A stretch of 64,000 nt of DNA. Origin: a virus. The DNA lies in IMG/VR virus record IMGVR_UViG_3300048919_000048, positions 64,001 to 128,000 of that record, one strand, 5' to 3'. Positions 63,030 to 64,000 of this stretch are shown in pieces (position 1 is the first letter of the stretch; each line of letters begins with the position of its first letter). The translations under genes and the position numbers were made by a program. The notes beneath the pieces were generated by a model, which saw nothing but the letters and a program-made list of their open reading frames with translations, made no database searches and was not told the DNA's origin.

Positions 63030-63630
63030 TAAAACCCCGATCCTGATCGATGTGGACCTGACTTTCGTAGACTCCGGCTGGCCTTGGTTGGAATGGATGG
63101 AAAATGTGTACCAGATCCCTGCTGATCGCCTGTTAATGGAGAACGACCACAAGGAACATGGCCTTTTCAACTACAACCTGTCGAAATATTTCCCGACTCG
63201 TTGCAAAGAGGCTATTGCCCCATACGAGTTTTGGGAAGACCCGCACCTGTATGACAAAATGGTTCCTCGTGAAGGTGCTGTGGAGGCCGTCCGTCGTCTG
63301 CACGAAGCCGGGCACCCGATCCGCTTTGTGTCTTACTGCAAAAAGGGACACTTCAGCAGCAAGGTCCGCTTCCTGAAGCGCCACTGCCCATTCTTGGATT
63401 TGGACAACGGCACGGATGGTAGCGGGTTCTATGCGACCAAGGTGAAGGCTGGTGTAGCGGGTGGGGTTATCATTGATGATCGTAACCAGTTCCTCAATCA
63501 GTTCCCGGATGACGTGATTAAGGTTAAATTTAACACGCCGTTCACTCAAGACGAGGAGCCTCGTACCCAGTACGACCTTACCTCCAACGACTGGAACGTG
63601 ATTGCCGAGTGGCTCTTGGAAACACTGTAA
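63019..63630 (+). CDS. 5'(3')-deoxyribonucleotidase (HAD)
   Basis: IDVDLT, Y..M.P..GAVEAV, IIDDR. Confidence 0.8.
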   Translation: MAHNKTPILIDVDLTFVDSGWPWLEWMENVYQIPADRLLMENDHKEHGLFNYNLSKYFPTRCKEAIAPYEFWEDPHLYDKMVPREGAVEAVRRLHEAGHPIRFVSYCKKGHFSSKVRFLKRHCPFLDLDNGTDGSGFYATKVKAGVAGGVIIDDRNQFLNQFPDDVIKVKFNTPFTQDEEPRTQYDLTSNDWNVIAEWLLETL

Positions 63631-63812
63631 TGCGGTGTGGTAAAGGCAGGTATGTTGTCCGGTACGGGGAGCATATCGAGGTTAGATCGGAGCAGGGAGA
63701 CCTGCTCACTTCTTTCCGGGTGACGAAGGACATGTGCAAAGAAATGCTTGACCTGTACCTCGCCGTCCGGCACAATGTTGTTGTTCCTTACCGTTTGCGT
63801 AAGTTGAAGTAA
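63630..63812 (+). CDS. hypothetical protein
   Basis: TAATG coupling. Confidence 0.55.
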   Translation: MRCGKGRYVVRYGEHIEVRSEQGDLLTSFRVTKDMCKEMLDLYLAVRHNVVVPYRLRKLK

Positions 63813-63826
63813 TTAGAGGAGATTTT

Positions 63827-64000
63827 ATGGGTCAGGTATTTAGCAAGGGAAACATCGAAGTTCAGATCATTGCGGATTCGGTGGGGCAGCGCAGCGGGCG
63901 TATCACGACGTTTGAACTGACGTACCCCCGTATCATCCACAGTGAGTTTATGACTCACCGACTGTTCAGCCGCAACGCGATGTCATCCCGCGCCGTGCCG
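63827..64000 (+). CDS. thyX: flavin-dependent thymidylate synthase (partial)
   Basis: IADS..RITTFELTYPRIIHSEFMTHRLFSRNAMSSRAVP. Confidence 0.85.
   Translation, partial: MGQVFSKGNIEVQIIADSVGQRSGRITTFELTYPRIIHSEFMTHRLFSRNAMSSRAVP

Overview
64 kb of a lytic dsDNA myophage genome. Gene order and content suggest an rV5/PVP-SE1-type (Vequintavirinae-like) enterobacterial phage; this is recognition from memory, not a database search. Layout: 1-5.7 kb, + strand accessory genes (DUF4326, Imm-like, lectin-like protein, SSB-like, HNH). 5.7-38.6 kb, - strand virion block (fibres, baseplate, tape measure, frameshifted chaperones, tube, sheath, neck, collagen fibres, capsid, protease, portal, TerL, spanins). 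38.7-42.5 kb, - strand array of 20 tRNAs interleaved with about seven structured non-tRNA elements, a lectin-like gene and a probable TerS. 42.5-47.3 kb, small ORFs, a PRS-like/NAMPT-like pair (NARP1-type NAD+ reconstitution) and a wHTH gene. 47.4-47.6 kb, AT-rich hairpin region at the strand switch (candidate origin). 47.7-64 kb, + strand early/DNA-metabolism genes (ligase, MazG-like, NADAR, nucleases, WYL, dNMP kinase, 5'-nucleotidase, partial thyX). Best leads: (i) a putative plug-in fibre system, with a collagen fibre whose N-terminus copies the sheath N-terminal arm and scattered tip-like proteins sharing an MNEILxxGG-type N-terminal peptide; (ii) unexplained structured and CCA-ending tRNA-like RNAs in the tRNA array; (iii) a tail-tube paralogue among early genes (possible decoy); (iv) a tandem pair of paralogous 29-30 aa micropeptides. 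All alignments and RNA folds were done by eye.
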